Shown here: positions 24,431 to 38,039 of the stretch, in pieces
Layout: every line of letters starts with the position of its first letter
Numbering within the stretch: the stretch's first letter is position 1
NCBI GenBank assembly: GCA_036172245.1
Contig: JAYWIR010000007.1
Location: 4,526,001 to 4,590,000, forward strand
Direction of reading: 5' to 3'
DNA from: Raillietiella orientalis
Lineage: Eukaryota
Length of the DNA: 64,000 nucleotides
The notes under the pieces: model-generated
Seen by the model: the letters and a program-made list of their open reading frames with translations, nothing else
What the model was told of the DNA's origin: nothing
Database searches by the model: none
Made by a program: the position numbers and the translations under genes

Positions 24431-26399
24431 AGCGCCCCTGCCTCTCCCCTTAGGGCGATGCCAGCAGTAGTCGGTGGACCGCGCCGGGCTCCCCCGTCGA
24501 CAAGAGACGGTGGCGTTCGAAATCCTGGAACTTTTCCTCCGTCCTCCCGTATCGAGTGCCCCACACGGAAGTGAACACCCAATGCTCATTTTGTCGGGCT
24601 GCGTCTTCGGTTTCGTCGTCCGGCTCACCCACGAAGGGGGACGTGCCGGCCGACGTTGAGTTCATGGGACGCGCGCATGACCGACAAAGGGAGAAAGGCA
24701 GCACACGCGAGGGAGAGGGCGAGAGCACCTCTGGGATTCTTCCTCTGATTCCGCCTGGTTTCCCCTCCCCCTCCCCTCCTTCCTCCCGGTGCTGGGACGG
24801 CTTCCAGGCGAACTCTCCTGAAGTATCCGGTTTCCTTCCCAGAGGGGAGCGGAGACCGGGCGCTTCACCCCTTGACAGCGAAAAGCTCCGAAGTGACTCT
24901 GCGACTCCAAGGAGTGGGGCCGCGGTATCAGCACCGCAGTCCCCTCGGAAAGGCGTGCAGAGGGGAGGAGGAACCGGCTTGGATGGCTCCCGGCGTGTTT
25001 GGAGCGCCACCGAAGGGCCTCGGGGGAAAACACGGTTCGAGGCGAAGCACGGCCCTCTCCCTCGATCCCCTCCCTCCCCCTAGTCCGCCTCGCCTCCGCG
25101 CCAGCCCGTCCCGCGCGCCCTGATTTACGGGCGAGACTCGGAGAGGGAGGGCGCGCGCTTCTCGTCGAACCCTCCTTCTCGGCCCTTCGCCCTCGCGACC
25201 CTTGTGCGAGGGACGCATTCCTTGCCGGAGGCCCGGAATCCGAGACCTGCGCGCGCTTCCGCTTCCCGACTCGCAGTCGGCAGGGACCTGGAGCCGCGGC
25301 TCCACTGCCTCGCCGGTGGTCCGACGCGCGCTCGTCTCCCCAGCGCTCTCTCGTCGGGTCCAGGAGGAAGAGGAGGAGCAGGGACCCTGCCGTCTCGAGA
25401 GATGGGGCTGAGATGCAGGTGCGCGGGGGTGCGCGCAGTCCTCTTCCTCTCTCCCCTTTCCCACTGCGACAGCGTGCCTCCTGACAGGAAGGGGGAAAGA
25501 GGAAGAGACGCAGTGGCGCGTGGCGGTCGGTCGCCTGCGGCTGTCTGGGGGCACCGGTGCGCGTGCCCCGGATGCTCTCGGGGGGGCTGCGTTTGCCATG
25601 CTGCGGGGCTCGGTGGTAGCGCAGTGCCACCTTTCAGGAAACGCTCTTTCCCGAGAGTGTCCGTCCACCGTCCTAGGGTGGGAGCAGGAGAGGGGAGGGC
25701 GTGCGTGCTGCTGCCAGCCCGCGACCTCCCAATTGCGCGTATCCCCGAGGGGAGCGGCAGCAGCGGCCACACCCTGCGCCCGCGGGAGAGCGCCCCTGGC
25801 GGCTCGCGCTTTCCGTGCGCTCCGGACGCCCCGCGGAGAAGGCGGAGGAGGAGGAGGAGTCGTTGCGCGGCAATAGCAACAGCACCGGCGAGCAGCAACA
25901 GCCCTGCCCGCTGGGGCGGAAACCGCACCCTCGCGAGCATGTGCTAGCCCACCGCTCCGCCTTGCGCGAGCTGAGGTCGGGATCGTGGCTCGCCGCCGCC
26001 GGAAGGAGAATCGGAAGGGGGAGGGGGGAGGGAGAGGAGGAAGATCGCCGTCTCTGGCGAGGAAGGACGCGTGAATGCACCACGAGCCACCGGTGCTACG
26101 AGGTCATCGGGGCAACCTGCGGATCCGACGCAAACTTCCCCTCCGAAAAAGGGGGAGGGGTCCAGGGGGAGAACTCCTTTCCTCTTCTAAGCGAATTTTC
26201 GAGCCCCGCCCTCTTGTCGAGGCAAATGCGAAGGTAGGGAGGAGGAGGGAAGGCCCAGTCGTGCAAAGGTGTCTCTCCTCCCACGCGGACGGTGCAGGGA
26301 TCGCCGACGCTTGGAGCTCTCCCACTCCATGCAGAGTGCAGAGGAGGCGACCCCGGCCAGACGCAGGGGAAGAACCGGGGAGCAAGAGGGGAGGATGCA

Positions 26400-26900
26400 G
26401 GCAGGCAGTGCCCCTGGACGCTGCCCGCGGAAGGGCGATCACCATCGCGGGAAAGAGCAAGTCCCTCCTCTCCCCCTCCCTTTCAACCCGTTTCCCCCCA
26501 CGGAAGGTTCTGGAAGGTTGCCCCCCTCCTTCCACATCCCGAGGGCACTGCGATCAACCCGCGTCAGGAGAGGAGCGATCTGCAAGCACTCCGGCCACTT
26601 CCAAAAAAGTAGTTAGTGCAGTGACCGCTAGATGGGTGGCGCATCAGGTGTTAAGCTAATACGAGCAGATTTCAAGTTTGAAGGGACGCAAACATGGGGG
26701 GCGCGAGAGGGCTCTCCACACTCTTCAGTCACGAGGAAGCAAGGGCCTCGAGGTCCAGCTCCCGAGCTGGAGAGGAACTCGTCCCACCCACCCTCCGGGA
26801 CCGCTTCCCTTGAGGGGGCGAAAGAGGAGGGAGGCCAGGGCTTTTCCCGGACGCACGCCTCCCCTCACCCACGGGACCTGGAGCGCGAGGTCGAAGAGAT
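26400..26900 (+). mobile_element. Degenerate RT-core/thumb fragment of a non-LTR element
   Basis: In order: LSTRFPPRKVLEGCPPP (like RGVRQGCPLSP), GGASGVKLIRA (like ASG.KIN..KS) and AKEEGGQGF (like Tx1 EEGGQGL). Frameshifted and shortened. Confidence 0.45.
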
Positions 26901-29469
26901 ATTCCGGAGTCTCGGAGGAGGCAGATCCCCACCTCTATCCTCCTTCGGGAGCAGACAGAGAACTCGGCAAGTGGGGGAGCTCCGGAGATCTCGACTGCGT
27001 GCCCTGGGCAGGATGGCCGCCGCCTCTCCAACGCCAAAGGCGTCGCCTCGGCCAGGAGGTTCAACTGCAAGTGTCGGCGTGAGGGGCGCGACTCTACCCC
27101 TCTCTGAGGGAACGGAGGGGGAATTAAAGGAGGGACGGTTCCAGGTCCTCTCAGCACCGCCTTCCTCTGCTGCTCCTAGGAACCGCCCTCTCCACGCGCG
27201 CGCTCGTGGAGAGGGGGAGGGGGGCGCGGACGGTGGGCGTTACGGTCGAGATGGCGTTCGCGGCAGTTCGTGGTGCTGCGGTGCACCCGGAAGCAACGTG
27301 GATCTTGGAGGGCACCCGATGGCGCTCCAAAGCTGCTGCTCCTCTTCCCTCGTTCCTATCTGAGGGCGGGAGAAGGCAGGTAGTGGTGGTGGGTCCACGC
27401 AGCCTCCTTCGGCCTCAATGAGTACTCGATGAGTAGCTGATCTTCCCCTTCGGATCCCCCGGGATCTCCTCGGTGAGGACAACCGGGGCAGGACCTACGG
27501 AACCTCTCCAGCCTTTCCCGCCGCGGCTCCGTGTCCCCCGCCTTTCCTCGTGGCCTTCACTGACCCCCTCGCCCCCCGGCCCTCCCGTATGGCCCCCTCG
27601 ATTTCCCGCGAGAGCCCTTCTTCCGCCCAGCTTCCGGGCCCCTGCCTGGTACACTCCCGGAGTGAGGAGACGAAAGGAGCGACTTCCCCACCGAAGTCGC
27701 ATGGGGCTCGAGAGACCCTTCCCTCACCTTCCTCCCGTGGCGCCAGAGGGACTTCCCCAGGGCGCTGGAGCGTTCCAGGAGCTTCCCTGTTCCTCCTTAC
27801 CCAGTGAGGGTCCCTTGCACTCCGGGGAGCGTCCATCAGCGGCGCGTAGTTTCAGCATACTCTACCCCCTTTCCCTCCCTCGGCTCTCCCTGCCTGCCCG
27901 GGACGCGCGCACATCCCAGGGTTCTCCCCTTCTCCCAGTCGCACGGTGCTGCGTCGTTGGGGATCGCGAGTTCCCTCCCCCTTCCGCCCCCTTTCCCAAT
28001 CTCCCGTCGGGAAAGGTCAAAAAAAGGACCGGTTCCTAAGGTCTACTGGGGGGAGCACCCTCCGGGGACCTCGCACTGGGAGGAGGGAGGTGCTCTCCCG
28101 AGGACCTTACTCCCCCACGATGAGTTGTCGCGAGCCTCCTCCACCCGGCGGCGGTGCCCTTGGGCCGCGAGGTTGCGAAAAGGGCTCGGTGAGGAGGAGC
28201 GGGGAGCCTCTCCTTCTCAGAGAAGGTCCCTGCCCACATGGTCCGGGAGCCGCGCTGCCTCCGTCCGTTCGCCGAGTAGGCCGCCCCTCCGGCTGGTACC
28301 CGTGGGCAGGGCTGCGGCAGTCATCGCGGCCGCCGGGGTTCCCTACCCCCTGCCTCCTCCCTCCCCGCGACACGACCCCGAGTGACCTCTGCTCCCTGGA
28401 ACGGGAGCGTCACAATGCGCTTCGCCCGTGACCTCGGCGACCTCCCGCTGCGCGGCTTCCGCATCCCCCGGTGAGCCCGGAGACCGACTCTCCCTGCCCT
28501 GCCGCTCCCTTCCAGCTCGGGGGCGACCCGTTCCCCCCCGCAGCGTCCCCTCTCGGGGACCGGCGGCGGCGCCTCGACGTCCTCGGCGAGCGGCGACAGA
28601 GCTATTTTTCGACGTGCGCGCGGACCCCCCAATTCCGGGAGACGCCACCGGCAGGGCAGCCGCACCCCTGGTGAGACGAGCCGCCCGGTTTTCAGCGCTA
28701 TAGCAGAGTTCAGAGGACAGACCTGACCGAGCGAAGAGGCTAACGGCGCGACGGGGGCACCCACCTCGCTACGAGGCGGCTTCGTCCCTGCAGAGGTGGT
28801 GGTAACATAGGCAAGGGCCGATGGTCTCTACGACGCTTGCGTCGCCGACCCCCCTTCCCCCCCCTCCTTTCCGTAGGGTCAGCTGACCATGGCTCGGCCC
28901 AAGGCTTCCGCTGCATGCTGGTCCATCGCTGCTGTCCGCGCCGAAGAGCCGCCCAACCGCGCGGGTGCTCGCTCTTCAGCTCCCGATCATTCCTGGTTCC
29001 TCGCCGGAACTCTTTCCACCAGACCCTCCCACCGTCTGCTCTAAATCCCCGGCAATGGCCTTGATCTCTCCGGGACCGCGGCGCCGACGGGCAGCAGCCG
29101 CCAAAGCGGTCGCGGCTTCCCAGGCACACCCGCCAGGTTCGAGTTAACCAGAGACGCCTGGAGTCTCCCGTGAGAAAACAACGCCCTTCTCTCCCCCTCA
29201 CCCCCACCCCATCTCCGACTTCCTACCAGCGTCCAACGAACGCTGCGGCCATCTTGCGATGTCCAGCACCCTGGGCCCCTCGTGGATATCTCCTTCTACG
29301 GAGCTCGATCCGTCCTCACCCAGCCCCTCCCGTCCCTATTTTTCAATTTTTTTTTCCCTTTGGTTCTCAGGAAATTCCGAAGAACCGTCCGTCCCCTTGG
29401 GGGTGAGGGTGGGGGGAGGGGAACTGGAGAGGCTCGAGGATGCCGCCACCTGGAAGCTCGAAAAAGGCC

Positions 29470-29990
29470 CTTGAAGCACCGTTTAGACCGCCCGAGGGTG
29501 CGCGCGACTCAGCTGGGGGGCAACCCCGTGGGGACTGCCCTAATGGATCCGGGGAGACTCCGGCGGAAGGGGTCCGCTCCTCTCTTGTTCTTGAGGGGGA
29601 GCCCCTGAGGGAGTCTTCGTCCCTGGTTGTCTCCGGAGAGAACCCCGCAGGGCACCTTCTCTTCCTTGTTCTCTCCGGAGGTGTCCCCCGGAAAGGGGCG
29701 CTCCACATTTCCTCTTCCTCCTAAGGGACCCCTCGGAAGGGACGCCTCCAAATTTCGCTGAAGGGCGCGCCCCTAAGGGAGCAGCGAGCTTCTGACACTC
29801 GGGAGAGTCCAACATCCCGAGGGGGCTATCGACCAGTCCTATGGAATCCGATTGGTGTGTGGACGGGGGTCTCTCTCTCCATTTGCACAACCGAAGGGAG
29901 AACCCGGAAGTTCCGTGATTCCTGGAAGGATCCCGGAGGCCACTCAATGGGGGTTTCCGACCGCTTCCACCAGTGCGGTAACCCGACGCC
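29470..29990 (-). repeat. Dispersed repeat family 1, copy B
   Basis: Reverse complement contains cccccattgagtggcc, tccttccaggaatcacgga, gagaacaaggaagagaaggtgccc and caccctcggg, collinear with copies A, C and D. Confidence 0.75.
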
Positions 29991-32464
29991 CGGGGGCCAT
30001 CAGCCAGTGCCATCCTGCGGAGGGAAGGGGGAACTCGAAACTCTCGCGCGCAACGCATCCCCCGTTTTCAGCACAGACCCTCTAAGGAGGAATTCGAACC
30101 TGAGACGCCAGAGTCGAGGTCAAGGATGTGACGTGTTTCGTGCATGGCACCCCTACCTATGAAACCGCGCCGACCGCTGCCGAAAGACGCTCTCTTCTTG
30201 CCCTCTTGGGCTCGTGGGAGCGACTTTCGGTCGGGCGCGGGAGCGCAGAGTGCGACCTTCCTGCTGACCTTCAGCAGTTCCGCTTCCGCTGCCATCTCGC
30301 CTCGATTCTTTCTCTCCGGGACTTGCCGTTTCCTCGGCGACGGACGCTGCCGGCAGCGCGAGCGAGGTCGGCACCCCAGGCGACCAGGGCAGGTCCACTG
30401 CTGCAAGGGGACCCCCCGGCTGCTGCTGCTGCGATGCTTCCTCCGGGGTCGGGAGGCAAGGAGGTGCACCCGCGGGAGGAAAGTCTTCTTCGCCTGCCTC
30501 GAGGCCGGCCGGAGGCTCCACGCGAGCCGAAAAACATCAGCTTCTGATCTGAGAGCGAGGCCACGGCGACTGCCTGGTTGCCAAGCAGCAGTCGCCGAAC
30601 CCGGCGCCGTTCCTCTCGCAGTGCTGTCACAGAAGGTGCGGCAGCGAAGGAAGAGGAAGGAAACACCGGGAGCAGGTGGAGGTCACAGGCCGGAGAATAC
30701 GGGCACTATCGTGACGCAAAAGGGGCGTCTGCGAGCAAGCAGCCGGGATGCGCTGCTCTCAGGTGACCGGCGGATCCAACGGACGCCACCTGCAGCAGGA
30801 GGTGGCCACCTACAAGACCAATCACTTCGACTTCCACCGTCGCACCCTCGGGCGCTGAACTGCTTCGCAACCATTCCATTGGGCCACAAACCGCCAACGG
30901 CGTTGATCCCGGCATCCCAGCTCGCTCGGGGACCTCTCTCTGCTGCTCGGCTCAGAGAAGCGGCGGACAGGGTCTGCACCACCTCGGTCGAAAACACTGC
31001 TGGTATGCCCTGTCGTCGCTGCGGAGTCCCCTTGAAGATCCGGTGCCTCTTGAACCCCGAGGCGGATCTTCTCGCAGACTTTTCTTGAACGCCTCTTTCT
31101 CCATGGCGCGCAAACGCTGTTCCAGAGTCCGGATAAGCAGCGCTTCTTGGTCTTTCAGGCAGTCCTCTTCCTTGGTCCTCCTTTTCGTTTCCCTTTTGTA
31201 AAGACAAGGACGTGCGGCGATGCTGTCGTTTCCATTGCCGCATCTTCTTGAATCTGTTCGAGGTTAGCGAAGAGATCGAAGGCATCAAGTTCGAATGACT
31301 CTTTGGCTCCATCCTTGGTTCCATCCGCATCCCCATCGTCGAGCGGTGACTGAACCCGAGAACCGATGGGCCTCCCCACAGGCAAAAGAACGCGCCTTTG
31401 CCCCACTGCCGTCCCAACAATGCCGATCAGCGATCCAGAGAATTTCCCCCGCGGTTTTACCCCACTCCACCCCCCAACCCCCCATCGCATGGAGGCAGTG
31501 CTTCGGACAGTTGAGGTCATCACGTGCGCCGAACCAACCTGCCAACTGCGCTGGCGATAGTCCTGAGCTCTGACGTGCCATAGCAGAGATTTCTCCTCCT
31601 CCCTTCCTCCTTTCTTTTCCTTCCTTCCTTCTCCCGATTTTCTCCTTTTGAGATGGCGGTTCGGCCCCGCATTTCCCGCTGTTGTACTCGAGGCATTCTC
31701 CCGTCCTCAGAGATGGATCTCTCGCGTTCCTTCCGGACTCGTTCCGTGCCCCGCTTCTCTCTGTGAGTGAGTCCGACGGGGCTCCCTTTCTACCCGGTGC
31801 GATGCCGCCTACATCCTCGTGGAGGGAGGGGAAGGGGAGGCACCACCCTCCTCCCTCCTTCCCATCCTCCTCCTCCGATTCCAACTTCATCCGGAAGGAA
31901 TGCTGCATGGGAGTCGTCCGCACGCGCGCGTCTGCCTTGCGCGTCTCCTCTTCCCCCCCTTCCTTCTTCGTGACAGGGATGCCCCTCACGCCACCCGCCC
32001 GCCCTTCACGGCGAAGCTGGCCCGCAACGCTCTAACCCTCTGAGGTGTGGCGAGCCCCCGGGGCAGACTGACGGCCTTGGTGGGTGGCGAGAGAACGTCC
32101 TTCTCCTGAGCGAGCCCGCGGCTTGCAGGTTCCCTGGGGAGGTGCCTCTGCTTCCACCTTGGCATCTCGGAACTTCGTCGCCGCGCAACAATGCGGCCCA
32201 TTCTCGACTGTCAGTATGACCCTTCCGGGTCGCCGCACGACTGGCACCACTGGGCGCTCCTTGTTGAGCCTATTGTCGCTCTGCGTCCCCCGCAGGCCCT
32301 GGACACCCTCGACTTTAGCTCACGGCTGTTCCCCCCAGCGGGACTCCTCGCCATCTTCAGGGGGCCTACCTTTTCCCCCTCTCCCCCCCTTTTTGGCGTT
32401 GCCGTCCTCGGGGAGCGGATCACGGCTTCCGAGACGAGGGAAGGGGTGGGCGGGATGGGGGGTC

Positions 32465-33085
32465 TGATGGAAATCCTTTTCTGTCTTCGCAGTTCTTCGG
32501 CACGGTTCCACTCCACCCGAGGGTGGGTATTCTTCAGGATAGGGGGCACCCCGGGAGGGATTCACCCTATGAATCCAGGAAGGACTCGGAGTCCGTTCCT
32601 CTCACGCCTGGGGAGGGATCTTCGGAAATGGAGATCACCTCCACCCTGGTTGTCTCCGAAGGGGAATCCAGAAGAGAATCTCCTTCCTTATTCTCTCCGG
32701 AAAACGCCCGGGGGGTCCGCTCCATTTTTTTCTTCTCTGGAGGGAACCCGGAAAGGATCTGCTCCTGGAACTTCTTCTCTGGAGGAATCCCCCGCAAGGG
32801 ATCCTCTCCTGTTTACTCCTCTGAAGAGAACCCAGAACGCTTCCGAAATTCTGAAGGACGCAGCTTCCCCGAAGGGATCGGCTCACGTTCACTGCACTCC
32901 CTGGAGAGGTGGTGGCGAGACACACCTACCCCATCAGTACGACGCGGAGGTCCTCCCCGAATAGGAGATCCGCTCCTTCACAACCGGAAGGGGAACTCCC
33001 CACTCCGTGATTCCTGGAAGGACCCGGAGGTCGACTCTCATTTGTCCCGGGGGCATCCGGTTTGAACCGCTACCAGTGCCGCACC
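32465..33085 (-). repeat. Dispersed repeat family 1, copy C, with a visible internal ~39-42 bp tandem array
   Basis: ccgtgattcctggaagga is shared exactly with copy B and tcctggattcataggg (reverse complement) with copy D. Internal units resemble gggttccctccagagaaga. Confidence 0.75.
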
Positions 33086-35499
33086 CGGATGAATGGAGGC
33101 CGACCAGAGTCATCTTGTGGGGTGAACTTGGAACCCACGACGCACTGCGCCGATTCTTTCCGGAGTATTTCGAACCCACGACGCATGGTGCCACGCGCGG
33201 AGACCACCGTAACCACACCGCCTCCGAAGCGAACCTTCACCCCCCTGCTGATGCCGCTCCCAGTCCCGACGGGAGGTGTCGGTGGGGAACAGGCAGGGAG
33301 TCCTCGGATCGCCTTTTCTCTCCCCCCCCATCCCCTCGTCCCCTCTTCTAAGCTTCGTACCCTTTCATGTCCCGGTCTTCCTCGTCTTCCCGACCCCATG
33401 GGGAGAACGGGGGCGGTTCCCGGTCTATGGGTCTCGCGGTGGATGAGCAGCTCGCCGCCGACTTCCCGACTAGCGGAATCTCCGGAGCGCGAGGGGAGGA
33501 GGTGGAGGGGGAACTCAAGGGACACTTCTGGGGGCGTCCCCCCCTTCTACTTCCGCACAGGGTTGCCCGTGAGGTTCCAGCAAGGTGGAAGAGGGATTCC
33601 TCCCTTCCATCGCTCCCGGGTTCTCTTCGTGACGACACGCTCCCGAGAGGAGTGCATCCCGGTGCCTCCCCCGTCCCCCCCCCCCCCAGCTAGCAGGAAG
33701 GAGTCCTCCTCCTCATCCCTGGGAACCTATCCGTCAGGATGCCGAGGGACCGAACCTCCCCCCCCCCTCCTTGGATCCCCTTTCCTCTCGGGCGTCTTCA
33801 CAGAGGGTCTCTTGGATCGGCCTCGGGAGAGGAGGACACCTCTGGGGTAGCTCCTTCGTTAGCCTCCCGGAGGAAGGGAGAGGTTCCAGCGGCTCCGTCC
33901 CCATCCAAGGCGTTACCAATGCGGCACTCTCCGGCCGCCGCCCAGGGACGACTGATCTTCGCTACCACCCTTCCCTCGGCCACGCCCCAGTCCCCCATCT
34001 GCCGCTATGCTGCTGCGTGAAGTGGGGATGGGGATCTTGTAGGGCTACTGAGAACGAGACAACCGGGGGGTGGGGGCAAGGGGACTTCTTCCCGGCCTCC
34101 GAGAAACCCGCTGCTGTCACGTGGGCTTCGGCTCGGAGTCCGCATGCACTCCGAGAGATTCCTGGAACGGGGGGGGGGGATCCGAACGGTGCTCCCGAAG
34201 TTCTGGAAGGGGGGGGACAGCACGGACTCCCTCCTCTCCCTTTCCAGGTTAGCAGCGGGCATTTCCTGGGCGTGACCACGGCGGGCTCCGGAGAAAGGGA
34301 GGAGAGGCGGGGCGCTCCTTCCCTCCCACCTTCCACCCCTCTAACGAGGCGCCCTGCCTCCGCGCACGCGCTACCTGGAGAGTCCCGGACCCTTGAGGAC
34401 GCTCGACTCTGCCGGGCAGCCGAAGGACGGAGGGCGCTCCGAGGACTCCTTCCTCTCCGCTCGCATCCCGGTGGAAGCATGGATGACGGTGCCAGCGAGT
34501 CCCGACTCCCCCCGCACGTCCATCCACGCGTCCAGGTCCCACGCACGCGATCCGCCAGCGCTCTTCTCTCTGCCTCGCTTGGAGTCAGCGGAGGCATCCG
34601 AAGATCGGTCGGAGTGGGTGGGGGGTGGCTCTGCTTCGCCGCTACGTCCGAAGAGGCAGCGAACCGGTGGTGACCTATCGGTCTGCCGAAAAGCAACGGA
34701 GGGGTCCTCTCGGAGAGGAGGACCAACGGTCCCGGATTCCTCCATGCCTTCACAGCGACGCCCATTCGCTCACCCCCTTTAGAGGAACAGCCGACGTGAC
34801 TGTCACCGGAGCGTCCAGCAGGCGGCATCACCGGATGCGCGCGCGACGCCGCATCACCAGCTTCGACTGGAAGGGGGGGGGATAACGAAGGGGAAGGTCA
34901 GATGCAGGTGGAGAGGCATTCCTCCTGGAAGAGTCGAGACAGCTTCCCTCATGTAAGGACCAACCTGGACCACGCCTCCCTGAAAGGAGGACGGGGACGA
35001 AGGGAAGGGGGAGGGGACCACATCTACACACACGGACGGCGGAAGTCTGCCTGCTGCATGACGGCTTCCACGTTAGGGATGGGGAGGGGGTTACCCCCCA
35101 GTCCGACGTGTGCTAGGATGAATTTACCCCTTCTTTCAACTTTGACGAGGAGCAGTCAGGCAAGGAAGGATAAGAGGATCCCGACGACCCTTTGGACGTT
35201 GTCCCTTGGCTTTCCCACTTGGCAAAGGTGGGGTTGCGGTAGACGAAGGGTGGGTACGGAAGGGGGAATCAGACTGCTTGCCGCGGAGCGCTTGGTCCCT
35301 GGTCTTCCCTGTTTCCCTGAGACGTGCTCCCTGCGTTCCCGCGAGGTACGGTTTGGGGTCCGGGGAAACACCCTGTCGTGGCTTCGCACCCCTTGTTACT
35401 TGGTGCCCGCTCACCACTCAGGTGGAGGAAGGCTGTCCACCCCTTCGAAGATGCGAGCTCTTGATGAGGAGTATTCCCCACGGTGCAACCCCAGGTTCC

Positions 35500-37900
35500 C
35501 CCATCGGTGGCAGCAGTAACGCGACGCTCTACTTCTCTCGTGGGTCGTGGTCTGGACCACTTTTCTCTTCTTTCCCAGGCGTGTTGGTTTATCACTCGAT
35601 CACTCCGGGACGTTTATTATAAAAAATAATAAACACACATGTGTAGAGCCATCATCCCTACATTGTCCGAAAATGCTCGGAACCTGTCGAGTAACCGGCA
35701 CTCAGGACAACGAGGTTCGTCTCGGCAGTAGGGGAGGAGGAGGGGGAACAAAAATAAATAATAAAAATAAAACAAAAAAATATAGACAAAAACTTGGGAG
35801 GGTCACGGATGCTGGAGGGCGTCCTCTGCATCCTTTCCAGGATGCCGGCAAGTTCCATCCGAGTATGCCCCAGGTGGTGCCATCTTGTTGGCGTCCTCAT
35901 GAAGCGCAGGGCGAAGCAGATGGTGCCTCTATCGCGCCGTCCCCCTCTCACGTGGCTCCAGGCCGCCACAATCCCACCTAGGCAGCAAAGAGCTGCTGGG
36001 GATGCAGCAGGCGATAGGACATGCAGGGCACGAAGAGGAGCTTCGACACGTCCCTGGGATAGTGCTTTGATGACCCAAGGGCCTTTGCGTAACGCACCCA
36101 CAGGGGCCGGAGGGCAACACAGTCAACAAGCAGGTGCGGGAGGGATTTCCGTTCCCCGCACCTGACACAGTTTGGGTCCACAGCTCCGGGGTCCAGTGAG
36201 ACCGGCTGGCGTTGCACGGGATAACCCAGTGTGGCAGCAGCAAGTTTCGACTCGTGCCACTTCAGGGGGAGGGCCCGATTGTTCTTCAGCTCTGAGGACC
36301 CCTCGAGATCTTCCTGTGGGATTCCAAGCAGCGTATCCCAGCGCAATAGTCCCTTCGGTGGGTCACTTGGAGTCGCAGCGTCCGTTAGCTGACCCGTGGT
36401 CCAACCACCAAATTCCTTCGCTCTTCCACCGGTCTTACATCGGACCTTCCATTTGACCGGCTGGTTACTGCCCAAGTGCTCCTTGAGGGAGGGCAGTGCC
36501 GCGGCTAGGTAGGTTCTTTGAGTCCATGCACACGTGGTGGGCTGCACGATGACATCCTGCAGCGAGCGGATGTATAGGAGTGCAACAGTCGCTGTCGCAT
36601 GTCTAAGCTCGCTTCGTTGTTGTTGGTCCAGGTACGAACGGTTTCCTGCAGCCAGGCACTACCATTCATGGGCCGGCAGAAGATCCAGTTGTTGGTCCTG
36701 ATCAGCTTGGCCACTCGCCGGAGCTCCAGTCCGCAGCTGGACACGTTGCGTCTGCGCCGCCGTGACAGAAACGAGGACCCCCGCGTAGCCGGGGTCTTGC
36801 TTGACCAGGCGCTTTGGTGTGGCACACACCGTTCCTCCGCTCCCTCGCAGCTGCTGTCTCCGATGTGGCTTCCAGCTGGGTGGTGGCGCTGTCTGGGGCC
36901 GAAGTGTCCGGGACTTCTTCGTTCCAGACCTCCCTTTGGAGGCCGCTGATGGAACCGGGACTGGAGCAAGGGGTGGTGGGTTCCTCGGGGGCCCCTTTCC
37001 GGGAGAGGTCAGGAATCCCTAGAATGTCCTCCGCCGCTCCTTGTACTCCCTCCCTTCACTCCTCGCGTCTCGCGACCTTGCGAGAAGCGCAGCGCCCTCT
37101 CCGTGACAACGACGCACGGAGGGGCTTCCCGCGCTTTTGGCGTCTGCCGCTGGGGCGCGCTGCGGTCCTCCGTTGGAAGGCAGTGCGCGACCGGAGAAAG
37201 ATTGGCCGCGCTGCTCCTTTCGGAGTACCCGTCTGGGCGCGCAACCAGGGTGGAGGTGCCACAGGCGCCCTTCTCGCGTGCACAGCTTCGTGCGGACCTC
37301 GAGTTCCAGTGCACCTTCTCCTGGAGGAAGACGACTCCGCCGGACCGGCGAAAGACCGCGCGCTTAACGGTGCGCCCGCTGGCGCGTGCCGCCTCCATGC
37401 AGGCACGTCGTTGTCACGGCGTGTTCCCGGAGACCCCGCGCAGGGGGCGAACGGTTCCGCCGTGTGACGTGAGCGATGAGGTCGTCCGTGTAGTAGGGTG
37501 GGCCGTCGCCGGAAGCTCCCCCGGACGAACGAACGGGACGCGATCGCTCCGAAGTCGATTCTTCCTCTTGCGGATCTCTGGACCGATCTTTCGCCGAGGC
37601 TTTTTGCAGTCGAGGACACTCGTGGGGGAGGCGACGGCGGTCACTTCCGAGCCAACGTACGTCCCTCACGGGGTCGTCCTGGCCAGGTGTTTCGATTCCG
37701 ACGACTGCGCCTCGTTTCCGTGGTTGCCACGCATGCCCGGGTGCGGCAAGGACGCGGGTCCACGGTTGCGTAGGACGACGACGGCGTGCGTCAGCGAGTT
37801 GCATGCTTCCCCGCCGCCGCTTCCGTGTCGGCCATGTTCTTCCGCTTGCTGGGGTGGCATCTGGCGGCCCACCTAAGTCTGATGGACAGCATCGGCGACC
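35500..37900 (-). mobile_element. Decayed, internally deleted non-LTR retrotransposon (Tx1/L1-like), copy 2
   Basis: Minus strand contains NCVRCGERKSLPHLLVDCVALRPLW (C-x2-C-x7-H-x4-C), upstream RFHQRPPKGGL (GGLG-like motif), an APE-like KRAVF...VVFLQEKVH at ~37.3-37.4 kb and a possible ORF1 knuckle remnant (GSD...HECP) at ~37.6 kb. A T-rich 3' region and AATAAA lie at ~35613. The 35.5-37.0 kb part is well supported; the 5' part is weaker. Confidence 0.7.
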
Positions 37901-38039
37901 TCATGCGCTGCATCTGGCGGCGCGGGTTCGAATCCCGCCTAGTGAAGGAAGGACTGATGCCGAGAACGGGGGGGGGGGGGGGAGTCGCGTGGTTCCGATT
38001 CCTCCCGCAAGATGACGCTGGTTGATTGTTCGCCGCCGC

